Origin: an uncultured Clostridia bacterium
Lineage (GTDB): Bacteria; Bacillota; Clostridia; Oscillospirales; Acutalibacteraceae
Assembly: GCA_937884995.1 (NCBI GenBank)
Contig: CAKZZL010000014.1
Coordinates: forward strand, 39,250 to 103,249
Reading direction: 5' to 3'
DNA length: 64,000 bases
Part shown: positions 8,791 to 19,355 of the stretch, piece by piece
Numbering within the stretch: position 1 is the first letter of the stretch
How the letters are laid out: every line of letters begins with the position of its first letter
Program-made: the position numbers and the translations under genes
Notes under the pieces: generated by a model
Databases searched by the model: none
What the model was told of the DNA's origin: nothing
Seen by the model: only the letters and a program-made list of their open reading frames with translations

Positions 8791-9378
8791 TTATATTTCT
8801 TTGCCATCTTTTTTTATCTGCCTTATTTTACTGCCTTTAACAAGGAAAACATTGTCAGATATATCCATCATCGGCTTATCGCTAAAAGAATCAGTGTAAA
8901 AGTCATTGATTCTTCTGTCGCCGTATTTTATATAAAAGTTTTTGACCTTCTCATCATGATAATTAATCATTCTGATTTCACCGCTTACGGGATCAACATC
9001 AGAACCCATGAAGTCATTTACGCCCAGTCTCTCGCATATAATTGAAAGAAGGCATTCAGGACAAGCGGATATTATAATATCATCTTCTTCATGAATATCA
9101 TAATAAAGCTGCTTAATTTTCTTTTGGTTTACATCCCAGAATTTATAAAACTCATCGGTAATATTCTCAACTTTTTGACAATACTCTTTTAAAAACAAGC
9201 CATATTTAGAGAGAACCTCATCTATTGTAATCTTGCGCATTTTATATTTTATAAAGCATACTGAAAAATTAGGGACATATCGTATAAGCCCCCATGGGTC
9301 AAGCTTAAAAAACCAGATAAAAATATCAAGCCCACTTTCGCCATCATATATTGTATTGTCAAAGTCAAAAACTCTCAC
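8791..9378 (-). CDS. HAD-superfamily hydrolase (HAD-IB/phosphoserine phosphatase-like)
   Basis: 195 aa. N-terminal DxD motif MRVFDFDNTIYDG and C-terminal YTDSFSDKPM. Confidence 0.72.
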   Translation of the reverse strand: MRVFDFDNTIYDGESGLDIFIWFFKLDPWGLIRYVPNFSVCFIKYKMRKITIDEVLSKYGLFLKEYCQKVENITDEFYKFWDVNQKKIKQLYYDIHEEDDIIISACPECLLSIICERLGVNDFMGSDVDPVSGEIRMINYHDEKVKNFYIKYGDRRINDFYTDSFSDKPMMDISDNVFLVKGSKIRQIKKDGKEI

Positions 9379-9390
9379 AAAATCACCTGA

Positions 9391-10410
9391 TTAATCATCA
9401 AATCCATTTGGGTTTTGAGACTGCCATCTCCAGCTGTCTTCACACATCTCTTCTATATCTCTCTCCGCCTTCCAGCCGAGCTCGTCATATGCCTTGCTCG
9501 CATCTGCATAACATGTAGCTATATCGCCGGGTCTTCTCTCCACAATCTTATATGGAATTTCCTTACCATAGGCTTTATTGAATGCCTTGATAATATCAAG
9601 GACACTGTAGCCTATTCCGGTACCGAGATTATATATATTTACAGCAGACTCAGAAGATAAAATCTTTTCTACTGCCTTTACATGTCCCAGTGCCAAATCT
9701 ACTACATGAATATAGTCGCGTGCACCTGTTCCGTCAGGAGTATCATAGTCATTTCCATAAACACTTAAAAACGGAAGTTTACCAATGGCTACTTGTGTAA
9801 TATATGGCATAAGGTTGTTTGGAATACCATTTGGATTTTCGCCTATTCTGCCACTCTTATGAGCTCCTATAGGATTGAAATATCTTAAAAGCGTAACAGA
9901 CCATTCCGGATCTGCCTTTTGCAAATCTTCAAGTATAATTTCAATCATATATTTCGTTGTGCCGTAAGGATTTGTCGTTCCGCCTGTTTTCATATCTTCT
10001 TTAAGAGGAGATATGTTATTCATACCATAAACTGTCGCAGATGAGCTGAATACTATCTTTTTGCATCCTGCCTCACGCATAACCTCGCAAAGAGCAAGTG
10101 TACCGCCTATGTTGTTATCATAATACTCAAGGGGCTTTCTTGTACTTTCGCCTACAGCTTTAAGGCCTGCAAAATGAATTACGGCATCAATCTTATTTTC
10201 GGCAAATATCTTTCTCATTGCATCTTTGTCTCTGATATCCGCCTCGTAAAACGGAAAATCTTTATTTGCCAGTTCTTTAACTCTATCAAGCGACTTAACA
10301 CTTGCGTTATATAAGTTATCAACCACAACGATTTCATATCCGGCATTCAATAGCTCTACACAAGTATGTGATCCGATATATCCTGCGCCGCCTGTAACAA
10401 GGATTGTCAT
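9391..10410 (-). CDS. galE: UDP-glucose 4-epimerase
   Basis: 339 aa. GGAGYIGSH Rossmann motif, YGTTKYM catalytic YxxxK, strong GalE-like sequence throughout. Confidence 0.93.
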   Translation of the reverse strand: MTILVTGGAGYIGSHTCVELLNAGYEIVVVDNLYNASVKSLDRVKELANKDFPFYEADIRDKDAMRKIFAENKIDAVIHFAGLKAVGESTRKPLEYYDNNIGGTLALCEVMREAGCKKIVFSSSATVYGMNNISPLKEDMKTGGTTNPYGTTKYMIEIILEDLQKADPEWSVTLLRYFNPIGAHKSGRIGENPNGIPNNLMPYITQVAIGKLPFLSVYGNDYDTPDGTGARDYIHVVDLALGHVKAVEKILSSESAVNIYNLGTGIGYSVLDIIKAFNKAYGKEIPYKIVERRPGDIATCYADASKAYDELGWKAERDIEEMCEDSWRWQSQNPNGFDD

Positions 10411-12629
10411 ACATTATCCTCCCTTTCGATACTTGTACCATTAAAGTAAGTTGAAAGTATTCTCTTATATGTTCTGCCGTTTTTAGCAAGATAATCAGCT
10501 CCGGTTTTGCTCATCCCGACACCATATCCAACACCATATGTCGTGAATGTGAAAGCACTGTCTGTATCATCGTAGTTTACAGTAAAACAGTTAGATGCAA
10601 TTTGTGATTTAAGCACTTCATTAACAAATGTGTATCCTGATACAGATGCATCACCCAATGATACCTGGGTTACATAGCCTATTGAAGAAGATACTGAATT
10701 ATCACGCTTAACAACCAAGATCCAGTTTATAGGTGTTTCCGAAAGTCTGATTGATGAGTCATAATCAAGAATCATACCTTTTACTTCGCCAAGCGAGAAC
10801 TTGTATTCATTCTTATAATCATCTGAAGCAGTATCCGGATTTCCGTCAATAGAGACAGACTTAAGATACGGATAAGATTTTGAGAAAACTGTATCTGCAT
10901 CTGCAGTTTTGTTTGCTGCAACCTCAAAATACGGTGTTAAAGCAACCACTCCGTTGTATGATATATATTCGCCATATACATCCTCAACACATTCCATGAT
11001 TTCCTCTGTATAATTGTCAGAAATTTCTACATCATCTATTACAAAGTCAGTATTTCTATATTTAAGATAAGTATAAATTACAACAGCCTGAGCTTTAATA
11101 GCTTCGGTATCATAGCCCTGATCCATTTCAGAGGTTACAAAGCGGGCAATTGCTTTTTTAGCATCCAGTCTCTCACCGTTAACTGTAATATATTCCGGTG
11201 CGCCTTTATCTTCAACTAGTTCCTCAGTTGTCAGTTCGGTTAAAGAGTTCTCCTCTTCAGAACTCTCTTCTGAATTTTCTTCATTGGAAGCTGAAGTTGA
11301 TTCCTGAGAATTAGATGTGACATCAGTAGATTCTGTTGTTTTTTCTGCATTTTCTTTTTCAATTGCAATCAAATCTGCAAATATCATATCTGATAATTTA
11401 ACTTTTTCAGTATATCCTTTAGTTGTAGCTTCATCAGTAGTTTCAACAGGAACAGTTGTATCATCAGTTGTTGTTTCTGTTGTCGTATAGCCGAATAAAT
11501 TTCTCAGCCATTTAGCAGAAGCACCATTTCCGTGATGAAGATTGAATATAACTGTAAAAACTGCAGTACCTATAATGATAACACCTAAAAGGATTATTAA
11601 GGAAAGTGATTTCTTAGTAGGTAATTTCTTTTCATCTTCGGGAATAATAGCTGTATTTTCAGTGATTTCAATGCCTACACTTTCTATCCCTGCAGCTTTT
11701 TTCCCTATAAGTTCAATAAGCTCGTATGCACAGTTTTCAATAAACTTACTATCGCTCTCTCCTTCTTCAATAAAGATCTTCCTAACTATTGCAGAATCTT
11801 CATCTGCCACAGCTATGCAAATATATTTACTGTCTTCGTTTGAATAAATATCACTTATAGAAGCTCCGAGATTTGCCGCAGATAGATTAAGGCTTACTTT
11901 AGCTTTATTGGCTGCATATTCTGTCGGGTTAACATCTCCCTGATCCTCAACCGATGTAGTAAAAACAAAAACTTCATCAAATCTCTTAGTTGAATCTCCG
12001 CATGAGCGAACTACTTCAGCACTTTTATTTGAATCTACTGCAACAATGCTGTTGTTTTCCAACAGTCTGTCAACGGCAATTTGAACTTTTTCATTTTCAA
12101 AGAGCTGGTAAGAAGAAACCGAATCAGACTGGACATCTTCAAATTCTCTTTGGAGATAAGGAATAAGACCGTTTCTCAAAATTATATTGATTCTGTTATC
12201 GTCTATCGGCAAAACTACAATTGCCTGTTCTCCATTACCGAGCGCAAAAGCTGAATAAAGGCCGTCATTTGAAAGAAATACAGAAGCAGGCTCCGGAAAT
12301 AAAGAAAACTCTTTTCTCTCTTCTTCTGTTATTGATTCATTAGATTCAAGCATATTTAAGACTGATGAACTGTATGTCATTTCAGTCTCAAACGCCTGAC
12401 CAATTGCCGTTTTTAACTTGAGATAATGCTTGTTATCAACGGCGATAAGAATTAATTCATCCTCGTTAATAGCATCCTGCAGTTCCTCAAAAACTGTTCT
12501 CATATTACTGCAGTTTTTGAAGCCGGCATCTTCATCAAGATAATTTTTTAAACTACTTGTTATTCTTGCCTGAAAACGAACAAATGGCATCGCCTTATCA
12601 AGATTGAGTGATAAAAGCCTAACTTTCAT
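10407..12629 (-). CDS. SpoIID/LytB domain-containing membrane protein
   Basis: 740 aa. Central TM ([21 protein letters not shown]), a Thr/Glu-rich linker and a C-terminal SpoIID-type domain ([10 protein letters not shown]...[17 protein letters not shown]). ATGA overlap with galE. Confidence 0.72.
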   Translation of the reverse strand: MKVRLLSLNLDKAMPFVRFQARITSSLKNYLDEDAGFKNCSNMRTVFEELQDAINEDELILIAVDNKHYLKLKTAIGQAFETEMTYSSSVLNMLESNESITEEERKEFSLFPEPASVFLSNDGLYSAFALGNGEQAIVVLPIDDNRINIILRNGLIPYLQREFEDVQSDSVSSYQLFENEKVQIAVDRLLENNSIVAVDSNKSAEVVRSCGDSTKRFDEVFVFTTSVEDQGDVNPTEYAANKAKVSLNLSAANLGASISDIYSNEDSKYICIAVADEDSAIVRKIFIEEGESDSKFIENCAYELIELIGKKAAGIESVGIEITENTAIIPEDEKKLPTKKSLSLIILLGVIIIGTAVFTVIFNLHHGNGASAKWLRNLFGYTTTETTTDDTTVPVETTDEATTKGYTEKVKLSDMIFADLIAIEKENAEKTTESTDVTSNSQESTSASNEENSEESSEEENSLTELTTEELVEDKGAPEYITVNGERLDAKKAIARFVTSEMDQGYDTEAIKAQAVVIYTYLKYRNTDFVIDDVEISDNYTEEIMECVEDVYGEYISYNGVVALTPYFEVAANKTADADTVFSKSYPYLKSVSIDGNPDTASDDYKNEYKFSLGEVKGMILDYDSSIRLSETPINWILVVKRDNSVSSSIGYVTQVSLGDASVSGYTFVNEVLKSQIASNCFTVNYDDTDSAFTFTTYGVGYGVGMSKTGADYLAKNGRTYKRILSTYFNGTSIEREDNV

Positions 12630-12663
12630 TTTTATATATACCTCACTAAGAATTATTTATATA

Positions 12664-13893
12664 TTACGGAGTCCACTTCTCTGCATCTGCATAAGGATTT
12701 TCAAGTCCTTTTGCATCATACCAAGCTTGTGGAAGTTTTGGTGACGGGTTAGTAGAAGCAAGTGAAGTATCAACTGCAGGTTCTTCACCTTCACGGCAAA
12801 GCCTTGCAACCACAACAAGTCTTGCATCACTGAATTCATATGAACAGGTTGAAAGAGTAATAAGCTTATCATCAGCCTGTACCTGAACACCTGTTGTAAA
12901 GAAACTTCTTGCCTTAATTTCATCAACAAAACTCATAAACTTTTCATCTGACATGAAGCTAGTAACAGTATAGTTGAATATATAATTGTTATCATCAGAA
13001 GCATTACTGTTTGTTACAAATGCTCCTATAACCTTACAATTATATGTGTCATAAAGAGTATCAAACTGAAAAACCGGAGACTCTTTATATCCTTCAACAT
13101 CCTTATATTTATCAAGATTTGAGAACATAAGTCCGTCACTCATATGATGGCCATAGATTATTGTATTATCATCTAAATATTGAGGGTTATTTCTGTAATC
13201 CATGTACGGACAGCCATATCTGCTCGTTTTTTCATAGAAGTCCTTCTTTAAGTATTTATCGTTGTCTTCAGTCTGAACAACCTGGACATCAAGGTTAGTG
13301 TTAGGTATGGTAATCCATCCTACAAGTTCAGAGTTTACGGCATAGAGATATGCATATTTAAGGTTCATTCCCTCAGGAAAAGTAATATTGGGATATTGGG
13401 CAAAAAGTTCAGTCCATCCGTCATTATACTCATTCTCTGTATTGTTATCAGAACTGTCATCCTGTATAAGATTTTTTATCTCTTTTGCATTTTTCAGTTC
13501 AACAAGGCGGCTATGATAAAGGTTGGCAAAAGCTATAACGCAGCCAATAATGGTAAGAATTGAAATGTCCATTATTATCTTGCGTATTTTCTCACGTGTT
13601 TTATCTGATTTTCTGGGTAAAACCGATAGGAAAAAGTCATGAAAAATTTCATTGAAAGTACGTACATGCTTTTTCTCTGGTTCTTTATCTTCTGCCTTTT
13701 CTTCAAGATTATCATTATTAACATATCTTGATGTTATATCAATATATGTCTTACCGTTTTCGGTGAACTTCTCAGGTTCTTTTTCTTCCAACTTTTCAGT
13801 GATTTCATTATTTTCAGTTATTTCAGAAGTTTCATTTTCAGAGGAAACGTTTTCTTCATTTTCATTTACGTTCTTTTCTTCATTCTCAATCAC
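12664..13893 (-). CDS. class B sortase with long acidic N-terminal extension
   Basis: 409 aa. Motifs IIYGHHM (His), TLSTCS (Cys) and ARLVVVARL (Arg). One TM after a Glu/Asn-rich N-terminus. Confidence 0.8.
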   Translation of the reverse strand: MIENEEKNVNENEENVSSENETSEITENNEITEKLEEKEPEKFTENGKTYIDITSRYVNNDNLEEKAEDKEPEKKHVRTFNEIFHDFFLSVLPRKSDKTREKIRKIIMDISILTIIGCVIAFANLYHSRLVELKNAKEIKNLIQDDSSDNNTENEYNDGWTELFAQYPNITFPEGMNLKYAYLYAVNSELVGWITIPNTNLDVQVVQTEDNDKYLKKDFYEKTSRYGCPYMDYRNNPQYLDDNTIIYGHHMSDGLMFSNLDKYKDVEGYKESPVFQFDTLYDTYNCKVIGAFVTNSNASDDNNYIFNYTVTSFMSDEKFMSFVDEIKARSFFTTGVQVQADDKLITLSTCSYEFSDARLVVVARLCREGEEPAVDTSLASTNPSPKLPQAWYDAKGLENPYADAEKWTP

Positions 13894-14809
13894 TGTTTAT
13901 CACCTCTTTAGCATACCATTTTTCGTCATCTATATATGGATTGTCTAATTTGTTATATTTATAGAAGATATTCGGAAATTTGGGATTTTCATTCAAATAC
14001 GCCAAACTCACATCAACATCTTCATCTTCATCAAATCTTACAGCTCTTGCAACAATAACAAGTCTTGTATCTGCTTTTGGATAATCGTATTCGCCGAATA
14101 CTTTGTCTTTCTTATTTATGCATGTCTGAAGCGTTAAAAATTGGTCATTTTCGTTAACATCAACATTTGTATAATATATGGTCCGTTTCATAAGTTCAGC
14201 TATATATCCTTCATAATTAATGCCACTCATGTCGGGATAATTAAACGGGAACACATATCCGTTGTCTTCATCTTCGCTGGCGCTTGTTACTATAACAGCA
14301 AAAATCTTCCATTTCGTTTCCGTATAAATTGTGTTAAATTCTATTACAGGTGACTCTTTATAGAAATCCAAATCTAGATATTTCTCAAGGTCACTGAAAA
14401 TTGTCCCGTCATGACAATTATGACCATATATTACGGTGTTATTTGAAAAAGACAATACATCACTTCTGTAATCTATAAAGGGATTCCCTCTGAAATCATA
14501 TTCTTTATAGAAATTATGACGAAGATAAAATTTATTATCTGAATATTTTGTGACCGGTAAATCCACATGTGTGTTCGGTATTGTCAGCCAGCCGACAAAG
14601 CCCGGATTTATCTCCAAAAGTTTTGAATAATCATCATCGACTATCATCTCTTTAAGATTTGCGGAATCATCTATAACCTTTTTTCTGTCGATAATGAAAT
14701 ATTTAACCATATAAGCAACAGAAGCTATCAAAATCAAAGATAATATCAGGATTATAATGTCATATATTATTTTTTTACTTTTCTTTTGATTTCTTGAATT
14801 CTCATCCAT
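13886..14809 (-). CDS. class B sortase (tandem paralog)
   Basis: 307 aa. Motifs VIYGHNC, LTLQTC and TRLVIVARAV. Same architecture as the downstream paralog. Confidence 0.8.
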   Translation of the reverse strand: MDENSRNQKKSKKIIYDIIILILSLILIASVAYMVKYFIIDRKKVIDDSANLKEMIVDDDYSKLLEINPGFVGWLTIPNTHVDLPVTKYSDNKFYLRHNFYKEYDFRGNPFIDYRSDVLSFSNNTVIYGHNCHDGTIFSDLEKYLDLDFYKESPVIEFNTIYTETKWKIFAVIVTSASEDEDNGYVFPFNYPDMSGINYEGYIAELMKRTIYYTNVDVNENDQFLTLQTCINKKDKVFGEYDYPKADTRLVIVARAVRFDEDEDVDVSLAYLNENPKFPNIFYKYNKLDNPYIDDEKWYAKEVINSD

Positions 14810-14812
14810 ATA

Positions 14813-15289
14813 TTAACCTATAAACTCAATCAGCATTGAAAGTGCATTGTCTGCAGCGGATTGTCTGTTATTTTCTCTGACATTATCAGTAAAATTATTA
14901 TTTAATTTTCTGACAATTGTCTTATTTTTATCGCCGACAGCTAAATATATAAGTCCGACAGGCTTGTCGCTTGAATCCGAGTTAGGTCCAGCAATACCCG
15001 AAACAGCAACAGCTATATCGTCACCTGATAGTTTAAGTAATCCGGTAACCATTTCACGTACTATTTGTTCACTTACAGCGCCGTAGTTTTTTAAAGAGTC
15101 TGCAGATACTCCGAGAATTCTCTCCTTTATCTCATTGCTGTAACTGACAATGCCGCAATTAAATACTTCGGAAGAACCGGACACATCTGTAATTCTTTTG
15201 GATATGAGGCCGCCTGTACATGATTCTGCAGTTGCAACAGTCAGGCCTTTTTCTTTCAATAAATTAACAAGTTTTTCTTCTGCTAACAT
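14813..15289 (-). CDS. CinA C-terminal domain protein (nicotinamide-nucleotide amidohydrolase PncC-like)
   Basis: 158 aa. TVATAESCTGGL motif typical of the CinA C-terminal domain. Confidence 0.85.
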   Translation of the reverse strand: MLAEEKLVNLLKEKGLTVATAESCTGGLISKRITDVSGSSEVFNCGIVSYSNEIKERILGVSADSLKNYGAVSEQIVREMVTGLLKLSGDDIAVAVSGIAGPNSDSSDKPVGLIYLAVGDKNKTIVRKLNNNFTDNVRENNRQSAADNALSMLIEFIG

Positions 15290-16470
15290 CAGTTCTCCTG
15301 GAAAGATATTGTTTTAACTTTTGTATTATCTATTGCTCTGGTTATTAAGCCCTCTATATCCAAAACTTTTTCTGCCTCTTCAATCATATCTATATCAGGC
15401 TTTGTTTTGGGATGTTTCGGAGTAAATACCGTACAGCAGTCTTCATATGGTTCAATTGATATATTAAATGTTCCTATTTGCCTTGAAAGATTAACGATTT
15501 CATCTTTATCGTTACCTATAAGAGGACGGAAAACAGGCATTTTTGCGACTGAATCTGTACAAGCAATCGCTGCAAGAGTTTGGCTTGCAACCTGCCCAAG
15601 GCTTTCACCTGTAATCAAAGCCTTACTGTCTTCCTTAAAGGCAATTTTTGATGCTATTCTCATCATGAATCTTCTCATGATAAGTGTAAACATATCTTCA
15701 GGGCAATTATCCCTTATAGCTTCCTGTATTTCAGTAAAGCCAACTGTAAACAAAGTGATGTTCCCGCTATATACAGCAACTTTTTGAAGAAGTCTGTGTA
15801 CCTTGTCTTCTGACTGAGGTGATGTATATGGCGGTGAAGCAAAATGTACTGCATTTAATGTCAGGCCTCTTTTGGACATCATATAGCTTGCAACCGGACT
15901 GTCTATACCGCCGGAAATTAAAACCGTTGCCTTACCTGATGTACCAACGGGAAGTCCGCCTGCGCCTTTGAGCTGATTACCTCGAATAAAAGCATATTTG
16001 TCACGAACTTCAATTGTAACAATCAGTTCGGGATTTTTTACATCTACCTTAAGATGAGGAAATTTCGTCAGAATTGCCTTTCCTGTCATAGCAGAAATCT
16101 CAGGTGATATATATGGAAAGTTTTTATCAGAGCGTTTGGCTTCAACCTTGAATGTTTTGATATTTTCCAAATATGAATCCAGATATTTGGGCGCATTCAC
16201 AAGTATTTCATCCATATCCTTATCTACTTGTAACGCTCTTGAATAACCTGCGATTCCGAAAACATGTCCTACCCTGTTTGCAGCTTCATCCATATCTATA
16301 TCATCGCTTAAAGGAATAACAGATATTGTTGACTGAGCTTTTGTATACTCGAACTCTCCAAGACTTTTAAGTCTCTTGCGAATGTTTTTAACAAGTATAT
16401 CTTCAAAGGTGGAACGGTTCAGCCCCTTTAATGCAAGTTCACCGTTTTTTATAAGTATGATTTCTTTCAT
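15289..16470 (-). CDS. thiI: tRNA 4-thiouridine(8) synthase ThiI
   Basis: The track ORF is 15289..16503. I prefer the ATG at 16470 (MKEIILIKNGELALKG...) with AGGAGA upstream and no overlap with the preceding stop. It has a THUMP domain and the PP-loop SGGIDSPVA. Confidence 0.9.
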   Translation of the reverse strand: MKEIILIKNGELALKGLNRSTFEDILVKNIRKRLKSLGEFEYTKAQSTISVIPLSDDIDMDEAANRVGHVFGIAGYSRALQVDKDMDEILVNAPKYLDSYLENIKTFKVEAKRSDKNFPYISPEISAMTGKAILTKFPHLKVDVKNPELIVTIEVRDKYAFIRGNQLKGAGGLPVGTSGKATVLISGGIDSPVASYMMSKRGLTLNAVHFASPPYTSPQSEDKVHRLLQKVAVYSGNITLFTVGFTEIQEAIRDNCPEDMFTLIMRRFMMRIASKIAFKEDSKALITGESLGQVASQTLAAIACTDSVAKMPVFRPLIGNDKDEIVNLSRQIGTFNISIEPYEDCCTVFTPKHPKTKPDIDMIEEAEKVLDIEGLITRAIDNTKVKTISFQEN

Positions 16471-16471
16471 C

Positions 16472-17599
16472 TTATCTCCTGACACGCCTTGCTGTTTTAT
16501 CAATCGATTTCAAAAGCGCATCTATATCTTCTATCGTGTTGTCTTTAGAAAAACTTATCCTAATCGCGCTGTCAATTCTTTCTGAACTTAGATTCATTGC
16601 CTTAAGCACTTCACTTCTGTGGCCTTTAGAACAAGCTGAACCTGCAGATACAAATATCTCATCTGCAGAAAGCGCATTAAGCATAACCTGAGAAGGAACT
16701 CCTCTAACAGAAATATTAACTATATACGGAATTGCATCATCCAGTGAATTAATTGAAACATATTCAAGATTCTTTAAGCCTTCAAGCAAATGTAACCTAA
16801 GCATTGAGACATGTTCAAAATTATCATCCAAATTCCCCACATCTTTGACTGCAGCGCCGAATGCTGCAATGGCCGGCATCGCTTCAGTTCCTGAAACAAG
16901 GCCTTTTTCCTGACCGCCACCGCATATAACCGGAGAAAGATGTATTTTGTTATCAAGATAAAGTGCTCCTGCGCCCTTAATGCCATGAATTTTATGAGCA
17001 CTAATACTCATCATATCAATACCAAGTTTTTTCGGCTTTATATCAATCTTGCAAAATGCCTGAACAGCATCGCAATGAAAGTATGCATTTGATTTTTTGT
17101 CTTTTATAAGTTTTTTAATCTTATCTATAGGCTGAATGCTGCCGATTTCATTATTAACAGCCATGCATGAAACAAGTATTGTTTTGTCATCAACCGCATT
17201 ATATAACTTATCAAGATCTATTTTGCCCTGACTATCAGGCTTAATAATCAGCAAATCATATCCGAAATCCTTGAGAAGTTCAAAGTTTTTCATAACACTC
17301 GGATGTTCCAATGCAGAACATATTACTTTGTTTCCGTCTCTTTTTCTTGCCCTTGCAGAAGCAAGAATTGCAGTCATATTTGCTGTTGTTCCACCCGGAG
17401 TAAAATAGATTTCATCAGCAGAAGTTGAGAGCATATCCGATATTGATTTTCTTGCTGCATCCAACTCTTTTTTTGCCTCAAAGCCCAGTCTGTGAAGAGA
17501 TGACGGATTGCCGTAAATATATGCCATCATTTCCTTTGCTTTTTTAATGGAAGCTTCAGATGGTTTTGTTGTAGAAGAATTGTCCAAATATACACTCAA
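16472..17599 (-). CDS. cysteine desulfurase (NifS/IscS family, class V aminotransferase)
   Basis: 375 aa. PLP lysine region SISAHKIHGIKG and catalytic loop SAGSACS. Confidence 0.9.
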   Translation of the reverse strand: MSVYLDNSSTTKPSEASIKKAKEMMAYIYGNPSSLHRLGFEAKKELDAARKSISDMLSTSADEIYFTPGGTTANMTAILASARARKRDGNKVICSALEHPSVMKNFELLKDFGYDLLIIKPDSQGKIDLDKLYNAVDDKTILVSCMAVNNEIGSIQPIDKIKKLIKDKKSNAYFHCDAVQAFCKIDIKPKKLGIDMMSISAHKIHGIKGAGALYLDNKIHLSPVICGGGQEKGLVSGTEAMPAIAAFGAAVKDVGNLDDNFEHVSMLRLHLLEGLKNLEYVSINSLDDAIPYIVNISVRGVPSQVMLNALSADEIFVSAGSACSKGHRSEVLKAMNLSSERIDSAIRISFSKDNTIEDIDALLKSIDKTARRVRR

Positions 17600-17634
17600 G
17601 CATAATCACCCAATATAAAAATCTAATTATATTA

Positions 17635-17663
17635 ATTATACAACAATGACATATATTTATCAA
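17635..17663 (-). promoter_or_regulatory. candidate sigma-A promoter of the cysteine desulfurase/thiI operon
   Basis: On the minus strand: TTGATA (17663-17658), 17-nt spacer, TATAAT (17640-17635). Confidence 0.5.
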
Positions 17664-17762
17664 TTGAAAAAGTCTAAAAAATTAACTCTTTTTTGTGAAA
17701 TTTTTGTTAAGAAAAAGATGGCGGGAAACCAAAAAAATGATCCCCCGCAGAAAAAACAAATA

Positions 17763-18602
17763 TTAACTTTCTTTCTTCGCTTTTGCAAAATATATTATAA
17801 GCAAAAAAAGCGATATAACTAAAGGAATAGCAGAATAAATCAATACTGATTCCAAAAAACTGTTTGTATATGTAACCACCAGACTGTAAACAGCTTTACC
17901 CATTATATTGATTTTCCCGATAAAATTTGAAAACCTCAGATACATCGGGAAAGCCAAAATCATTAAGAATGAAGCGATAAAGGAAGAAATCAAATACATA
18001 AGGGATATCTTTTTCGTCTTATATGAAACTAAAATTAGTATAAAAGATACTACGACAAGTGCAATAAGACCTGCAAATGCATATGGGACATATGATTTAA
18101 TACGTGTCAGCATAGCGCTGATTGTGGATGCTGCAGGCAAAGATAAATATCCCTTATATATATCGGAAAGTTCTTCCGAAATCTTATCAACATCTTCGTC
18201 AATAGAAGTCTGGCTACCATATCCTCTGCTTACTGCATATTGCTTTAATGTTGTCTTAATAGCCTGTGACAAATTATCGGTATTGATTTCAGATTCCGGA
18301 TTTGAATAAAGATTTACAAGATGTTTTTCAACATCATGATATATAAAGTCTTCAGTCAATGAATTTTCAAAGAAATCATCAAAATAATCTTCACCTATAT
18401 TACAAGCATATCCATATGATACGAACTCAGTATAGAGGTCGTCATGAATATCCGTGCAATAATTGCTTTTTTCCAATGTTTTTAATGCAAATGACGGTGC
18501 AAGCAGTGTATTCTCAGCAACACACAGCAATGTTAAAAGAGTAAAGCTGATACTGAGAATAAAAGCAAGAACTGTAATAACAATCGTACGAAACACTTTC
18601 AT
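17763..18602 (-). CDS. polytopic membrane protein, unknown function
   Basis: 279 aa. N-terminal TM plus a C-terminal cluster of TM helices. It is the last gene of the surface-protein/sortase trio. Confidence 0.55.
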   Translation of the reverse strand: MKVFRTIVITVLAFILSISFTLLTLLCVAENTLLAPSFALKTLEKSNYCTDIHDDLYTEFVSYGYACNIGEDYFDDFFENSLTEDFIYHDVEKHLVNLYSNPESEINTDNLSQAIKTTLKQYAVSRGYGSQTSIDEDVDKISEELSDIYKGYLSLPAASTISAMLTRIKSYVPYAFAGLIALVVVSFILILVSYKTKKISLMYLISSFIASFLMILAFPMYLRFSNFIGKINIMGKAVYSLVVTYTNSFLESVLIYSAIPLVISLFLLIIYFAKAKKES

Positions 18603-18617
18603 ATCTTTACCCCCTTT

Positions 18618-19355
18618 TTAGCTATACTCATCGACCTGAGGGCCGGAAATAAGTTCACAGAAAGCAAAGAATCTGTAATTCGTTGTTCTGATTGTATCGC
18701 TGACATAACAGGAATAGAGAGCTAGGGTTTCCGTTTCATGCTCACCATATACTTCATCCCAATAATCAGTGGTATTGTCCACGTCAATTATTTCTGTCTT
18801 GTACACCTTATATATATAAGTGCCGTAGTATGTCTCAATTACAACCTCGTCATCTACATTAACATATTCTAGTTCATGGAAAAAACTGTATTTATGAGCT
18901 CCGATTAAAGTTCCGCCGCCAAAGCCGGGAAGCCTGCTTCTCTCAGAAATGCATGCTCCTTTAAGAAGAAGTTTTCTGGAATCCCCGTATATTAAAGGAA
19001 GATCTTTAATACCGACACTTTCAATTGTGATTTCGCCCCATTTGTCTCCAACATAAGGAAAATGAATTTCACTCGCTTTGATAGTACCATCATAAACACC
19101 CAGTTTACCGCTAAATAAGTCTTTTCCCTGTGAAGATTCAGCGGATTCATCAGCACTGCTTTCCGAAAAGGCAATTGCATAAATACTTTTCACAGGTTCC
19201 AAAACCGGACTAAGAACAAAATAGAAGGTTAAATAACCTGCTATAAAAAAAACTAAGGGCAGGATTAGAAATCCCACCCGGTAGTTTTTTCTTAACCGAT
19301 TATAAGAATTAGTTCTCTTCAACTTTGCGGAACTTCTTAACGCATACACATGCAA
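18618..19355 (-). CDS. sortase family transpeptidase (not class B; class undetermined)
   Basis: 245 aa. One TM (GFLILPLVFFIAGYLTFYFVL), His motif LIGAH and Cys motif LALYSCY. The start is uncertain: the track start is TTG and overlaps the upstream gene by 47 nt. Confidence 0.7.
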   Translation of the reverse strand: MHVYALRSSAKLKRTNSYNRLRKNYRVGFLILPLVFFIAGYLTFYFVLSPVLEPVKSIYAIAFSESSADESAESSQGKDLFSGKLGVYDGTIKASEIHFPYVGDKWGEITIESVGIKDLPLIYGDSRKLLLKGACISERSRLPGFGGGTLIGAHKYSFFHELEYVNVDDEVVIETYYGTYIYKVYKTEIIDVDNTTDYWDEVYGEHETETLALYSCYVSDTIRTTNYRFFAFCELISGPQVDEYS

